Notes under the pieces: model-generated
Told to the model about the DNA's origin: nothing
What the model saw: only the letters and a program-made list of their open reading frames with translations
The model's database searches: none
Part shown: piece after piece, positions 59,646-64,000 of the stretch
Layout of the letters: each line of letters begins with the position of its first letter
Numbering within the stretch: position 1 is the stretch's first letter
Position numbers and translations under genes: made by a program
Source of the DNA: an uncultured Pseudomonadota bacterium
Lineage (GTDB): Bacteria; Oederibacteriota; Muellerivitia; Muellerivitales; Muellerivitaceae
NCBI GenBank assembly: GCA_963836235.1
Contig: CAWIIP010000002.1
Location: forward strand, 1,990,120 to 2,054,119
Direction: 5' to 3'
DNA: 64,000 nt

Positions 59646-59680
59646 GATTTTTTTCAAATTGATGCACTACCAGAAGAAGC

Positions 59681-60025
59681 CTAACTGGTGATTAACCAAA
59701 ACTTCCTGAAAGCGACGAACCCCCAAATTCCTTCCACCAACCCAAAGGGCCAGGCCCCCTGCAGAAATCCATAGGCCGAACCCATCCAACAGGCTCCGGC
59801 GAATCCCAAGATGAACCACCGGCTGCGTTCCTCAAAGGCGTAGCAAAAAAGCATGGCAGAAACCGCAAACAACCCGAAAAGGGTCAACCGGTCCATGGCG
59901 AATTTAAAAGAGGAGAGACTGTTAAATAGCTTGCCGGGATCGATGTAGGTGAAATTCATCAGAAGAATGCCCGCCACCCAGAGCCCCACCAGCCCCAGCC
60001 CCACCACCAACAAAAGTTTTTTCAT
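59681..60025 (-). CDS. Small membrane protein
   Basis: GGAG RBS; conserved-looking C-half YGFLQGAWPFGLVE. Confidence 0.6.
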   Translation of the reverse strand: MKKLLLVVGLGLVGLWVAGILLMNFTYIDPGKLFNSLSSFKFAMDRLTLFGLFAVSAMLFCYAFEERSRWFILGFAGACWMGSAYGFLQGAWPFGLVEGIWGFVAFRKFWLITS

Positions 60026-60131
60026 TTCATCTCCAAGAACGGGAACGCCGTTCTTTACCATCTTTGCTGTTAATGGAATTTATAGCAACGAAAGTAAATG
60101 GGGGCTATTAGGGAAGTATTAAAAAGTACAC

Positions 60132-60653
60132 TTAAGGTGATGGGGCACTTACTTGGTTCCGTGCGGGAAACAAAAGAATAAAAATGAAAAGCAATTCACC
60201 GGCCATAAAAGAAGCCCGATGAGATGCCGGGAAAACACAAAAATATACGAAGATCATGAATTCGTTCGCCGTTAATAAATAAAGCCCCCATGGTTTTTTC
60301 TTCCAGACGGCTATTGCCGAAATCGCGCTTACCAAGCAGGCGAGAATTAAATAATAGATCGACCCATCCGAGTTCAAGGGATACTGGTTGGCAAATAAAG
60401 GGTGCTCTTGCTTAAGTTGGATGGACCCGCATTCAAAGATGAGAAAACCTAGAATCCCAAGAGACTTTCCCAAAATCAAATAAATCAAAAAAATCTTACC
60501 GGATAAATTGAACAATTTATCGATGAAGGGGGGAGGCGTTTCGTTAGGGGTGCTAACCCTTATTTTTTTGATTTGGTCGATTTCACTCTTGGAAGCATAA
60601 AAAGTAATGCCGCTTTTTGATTTCTTTTTGGCTGGCAAGATGTCTCTCCCCAT
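60132..60653 (-). CDS. Hypothetical membrane protein
   Basis: Several TM segments; GAGGG RBS. Confidence 0.5.
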   Translation of the reverse strand: MGRDILPAKKKSKSGITFYASKSEIDQIKKIRVSTPNETPPPFIDKLFNLSGKIFLIYLILGKSLGILGFLIFECGSIQLKQEHPLFANQYPLNSDGSIYYLILACLVSAISAIAVWKKKPWGLYLLTANEFMIFVYFCVFPASHRASFMAGELLFIFILLFPARNQVSAPSP

Positions 60654-60667
60654 TGTGGACAGCCCTC

Positions 60668-60943
60668 TTAAGGTTTATTGGTAAAAAAGAAGTAATAGGC
60701 CGCAAAACCCAGGCACAAGAAGATCAAAAACAAAATTTTCCAAAGCGGCCATTGTTTATCGGTTGCATCGTACTGAGATTTTCCACCGATGGACAAAACA
60801 CCACAAACAAGTGCCCCGAAAGCCATCGCCACGATAGGCAGGTATCTGTCTGGTCCAGATTCGGCGGATTGTTGGAGAATAAAATATCCATAAATCGAGC
60901 CTAAAAATAAAAAACCGGCTAAAATTTTAAAAATACTTTTCAA
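60668..60943 (-). CDS. Small hypothetical membrane protein
   Basis: 3 TM; GAGGAG RBS before TTG. Confidence 0.55.
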   Translation of the reverse strand: MKSIFKILAGFLFLGSIYGYFILQQSAESGPDRYLPIVAMAFGALVCGVLSIGGKSQYDATDKQWPLWKILFLIFLCLGFAAYYFFFTNKP

Positions 60944-61028
60944 ATGGTCTCCTCGTCGCGGATTGAATAGATAGGCGGTTCCGGTTACCCCTGATAGAAT
61001 AGCGCATCAAATTCCTTGCCCGGTGAAA

Positions 61029-62513
61029 ATGAAAAAACGCATTCCTTTCTTCGTCTTTCTGCTCTTCTATTTGGCTTTTTCCTTCGCCACTTACCGTGAT
61101 TACGGGCCTACCTGGGACGAGCAGGACACCTACCAGGGCGGGGCGGAGCTTTACCAATATCTGATCCACGGCGTGCCCATGGCCTATATGGACCCGGAAC
61201 ACACCTACCCCTATACCTTTCTTCTCAACTTCATCACGGGCAAAACCCATTACGAGACCCTGCATCTGTTAAACCTGCTTTTCGGGGGCTTCCTCTTTTG
61301 GGCGCTTTTCGAAATGCTTTTATCCACCTATGGGTCCGCCCTTTGGGCGCTTTCCGGGCCCGTCTTTTTATTTCTCCTACTTCCTTTTATGGGGAGCATT
61401 CCCGCCAACCCCAAGGATGTCCCCTTCGCCATCTTTTATTTCCTGAGCCTGGCGGTGATTTTTCTCTTTGAACGGAGGTTCCCGGACCTGAAATTCCGCT
61501 GGTTTTTCCTGGGGCTTTTTTTCGGGTTTACCATCAGTTCGAGGATCGTGGGCTTTACCTTGTTCCCGCTCCTTCTTGCTTACGACCTCTATTACTATTG
61601 GGCGCAGAAAGGGATGCCGACGATCCAGTGGCTTCAAAAGAAAGCCTTGGGATGGTTCGGGACCTTGGTAGTCTCCCAAATCCTCGTCGCGATGTTGTGG
61701 CCTTTCGTCGGGCGGAACTATTTCAATAACTTGCCCCTGGTTGTTTCGTTGAGCGCCCGCTTCCCACCGAAATTTTCCTTCCTGTTCATGGGGCACATGG
61801 CCGATTCGCTCAGTTATCCCTGGTATTACCTGCCCCTTTGGATCGGCATCACCACGCCGCTCTTCATCCTGGTTTTTTTCATCGGGTCTTTTTGGCTGAT
61901 CACGACGGTCAAAAACAACCCGCTTTATGTTTTATTGAGCGGGGCTTTTCTTTTGAACTTTGGGCTTTATCTTTTTCTTCATCCCGCCGTTTACGACGGT
62001 CTGCGGCACTTTTTATTCCTTCTGCCCTTGATTGCCGCCCTGGCGGCCATGGGCTTCATTGAGTTTTGCAGGGGAAAATTCGGAGGGCCGGTCCGCATGG
62101 TGGCGGCGGCGCTGACCTTGGCGGGTGGCTTGGCGACGGCGGTCCAAATGGAGGAACTGCATCCCTATGAGTACACCTATTTCAATGAACTGGTCGGCGG
62201 CTTCAAGGGCGCCTATGGGAACTATGAGACCGATTACTGGGTGGCCAGCATGAAGGAAGCCGTCCAATGGCTGAGGGCGCACGGAATCAAGGACCCCCGC
62301 CGGACCTACAAGATTTACGCGGACGGCAAGCCCTTCCAATCCCAAACCTATTTCAGCCCCAACATGGTTTTCGAACCCAAGAAAGAACTGGCCGATTACG
62401 CCATTATCATGACCCGGGCGGGCATCAAACCGGCGCCGGAAGAGATAAAGAAGGTCATCCACCGCGTCGAGCGCGAAGGCGCGCCTTTGTGTTTTGTTTT
62501 GAGATTACATTAA
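61029..62513 (+). CDS. GT39/PMT-like (GT-C) membrane glycosyltransferase
   Basis: DYGPTWDE, NPKDVPF, PWYYLP, YDGLRHFL, HPYEYTYFN...YETDYW. Confidence 0.75.
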   Translation: MKKRIPFFVFLLFYLAFSFATYRDYGPTWDEQDTYQGGAELYQYLIHGVPMAYMDPEHTYPYTFLLNFITGKTHYETLHLLNLLFGGFLFWALFEMLLSTYGSALWALSGPVFLFLLLPFMGSIPANPKDVPFAIFYFLSLAVIFLFERRFPDLKFRWFFLGLFFGFTISSRIVGFTLFPLLLAYDLYYYWAQKGMPTIQWLQKKALGWFGTLVVSQILVAMLWPFVGRNYFNNLPLVVSLSARFPPKFSFLFMGHMADSLSYPWYYLPLWIGITTPLFILVFFIGSFWLITTVKNNPLYVLLSGAFLLNFGLYLFLHPAVYDGLRHFLFLLPLIAALAAMGFIEFCRGKFGGPVRMVAAALTLAGGLATAVQMEELHPYEYTYFNELVGGFKGAYGNYETDYWVASMKEAVQWLRAHGIKDPRRTYKIYADGKPFQSQTYFSPNMVFEPKKELADYAIIMTRAGIKPAPEEIKKVIHRVEREGAPLCFVLRLH

Positions 62514-62529
62514 GAAAATTTAAATCGCG

Positions 62530-62681
62530 GTCATTGCGAGCCGCGAATTATGCGGCGAAGCAAACCAAGTTCATGGGTGGTTTAAATCTGTGGGTTTTGC
62601 CGCGGGCAAAACTTGAAATTTAAAACTGGGGTCGCTTCGTCATAAACGCCCCGCTATTCGCGGGGCATTCCTCGCAATGAC
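62530..62681. repeat. Second GTCATTGCGAG-type repeat element
   Basis: GTCATTGCGAG...CTCGCAATGAC with inner hairpins. Confidence 0.75.
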
Positions 62682-62758
62682 AACAAAGCGCAAGAACCGG
62701 GTGGTTTATTCCCGGTGAAACCTTTATCTTTCCCTCAAGATTACCCAAGGGGAATTCT

Positions 62759-63607
62759 ATGAAAGAATCCGACTACTCCCGTGTCGAGAAGGCCATTCGT
62801 TACATCGAAGGCCATTGGCAGAACCAGCCCCAGTTAGAAGAAGTGGCCCGTTCGATCGGATTGAGCCCTTTCCACTTCCAAAAGTTATTCCAGCGCTGGG
62901 CGGGGGTCAGCCCCAAGCGGTTTCTACAATACCTGACGGTGGAAAAGGCCAAGGAACGCTTGCGGGAATCCCGGAGCGTTTTGGATGCCGCTTACGAATC
63001 CGGTCTGTCCGGTCCGGGGCGATTGCATGACCTTTTCGTTTCCGTGGAGTCCATGACGCCGGGTGAATACAAAACCTTGGGCAAGGGGTTACGGATTGAA
63101 TATCGCGTTCAGGACACGCCCTTCGGCGAAGCGATGGCGGCCACAACCGAAAGGGGACTGTGCGGCTTTTGGTTCCTGGGTAAGGGAGGGGAAAAGGAGG
63201 CTATCGCCTTGATGAAAAAGAATTGGCCAGGGGCCCAGTTTGTCCCTGCTGGTGACCGCAAAGAGGTGAACCGGATTTTTCAATCCAGGTCTTCCAAGAA
63301 AACCAAGTCGATCAAAGTTCTATTGAAGGGAACACCCTTCCAATTAAAAGTCTGGGAAGCGCTTTTGAAAATCCCCGCCGGATGCCTACTGGCCTACAAG
63401 GATGTGGCTGAACGGGTGGGGGATTCTAAAGCCTCTCGAGCGGTAGGGACGGCGGTGGGACAGAACCCGATTGCTTATTTGATCCCTTGCCACCGGGTTA
63501 TCCGGGAAACGGGAGTTTTGGGGGATTACCGCTGGGGATCGGCGCGAAAGAAGGCCCTCTTGGCTTGGGAAAGTACCAGATCAAATAAAAGCATATTAGT
63601 TATTTGA
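62759..63607 (+). CDS. AraC-HTH / O6-methylguanine-DNA methyltransferase (Ada-like, lacking the Zn domain)
   Basis: LSPFHFQKLF.RWAGVSPKRF; GTPFQLKVW; IPCHRV. Confidence 0.92.
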   Translation: MKESDYSRVEKAIRYIEGHWQNQPQLEEVARSIGLSPFHFQKLFQRWAGVSPKRFLQYLTVEKAKERLRESRSVLDAAYESGLSGPGRLHDLFVSVESMTPGEYKTLGKGLRIEYRVQDTPFGEAMAATTERGLCGFWFLGKGGEKEAIALMKKNWPGAQFVPAGDRKEVNRIFQSRSSKKTKSIKVLLKGTPFQLKVWEALLKIPAGCLLAYKDVAERVGDSKASRAVGTAVGQNPIAYLIPCHRVIRETGVLGDYRWGSARKKALLAWESTRSNKSILVI

Positions 63608-63935
63608 GTTCTAAACCACAGTGAGCGCATTTTCGGCCAAAAAAAAGTTTAAAACTGGATTTTTGAAAAGATGGGTTAATAACAAAATGCCAGAAATAGG
63701 TTCTATTACACTTGGGACATTTCATGTATTGATAATCCAATCCGCAATAAACCATAAAGATCATATAACCGATTCCCGGTACGATCGCAAAGTTAACGTT
63801 CTTGATTCCTATCAAGCCAAGTAAGAAAACAAATAAACCCATTGCTGGAAAAAATCCCAAAAAAACGATAATTGTTCGCCATCCCATGAACTTCATTTTT
63901 TTTCTTAGGATTTTTGAATATTCTTCGTCGGTCAT
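63600..63935 (-). CDS. Hypothetical membrane protein with two CxxC
   Basis: 2 TM; CPKC and CAHC. Confidence 0.55.
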   Translation of the reverse strand: MTDEEYSKILRKKMKFMGWRTIIVFLGFFPAMGLFVFLLGLIGIKNVNFAIVPGIGYMIFMVYCGLDYQYMKCPKCNRTYFWHFVINPSFQKSSFKLFFGRKCAHCGLELK

Positions 63936-64000
63936 TTGAATACCTATTTGGATTTCAATTGTAAAAAATTAAAGCGTTGTCCTGAGGATAAAAATAAGAC

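Overview
Chromosomal window of a diderm (Gram-negative-type) bacterium: it has an LPS GT9, porins, SurA-like chaperones and sigma54 promoters. A Thr/Pro-linker + FlgD-Ig exported protein suggests a little-studied candidate lineage (inference). 4.5-25.1 kb is a nitrogen/ion-homeostasis region with a truncated KdpD/KdpE-like pair divergent from an APC permease fused to a PII domain, two Amt transporters, four free PII proteins with divergent T-loops, an IT-family transporter and a porin. Two sigma54 promoters and a shared TGTA-N6-TAC(A/G) motif lie upstream. The rest is housekeeping or signalling (htpX, DsbD-like, Mrp/HCF101-like, M1P-guanylyltransferase/PMM fusion, GH26, recQ, PGM, adenylate cyclase-AAA+-cutA-HK-RR-rex, mfd-SurA cluster, Ada-like), plus an IS1380 with a 5-bp TSD, a TIR-flanked Y1/HUH transposase and several REP-like repeats. 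The most striking unexplained feature is absent from the ORF track, at 47.1-47.7 kb: a sigma54 promoter, a ~270-nt five-armed structured RNA, a 51-aa stand-alone zf-HC2 (anti-sigma-type) mini-protein and a terminator. Other highlights are the APC-PII fusion with KdpE-type boxes, a SurA/parvulin-beta-barrel fusion, and a perfect 44-bp palindrome built from iteron-like 10-mers. All calls were made by eye; no database searches or folding programs were run.
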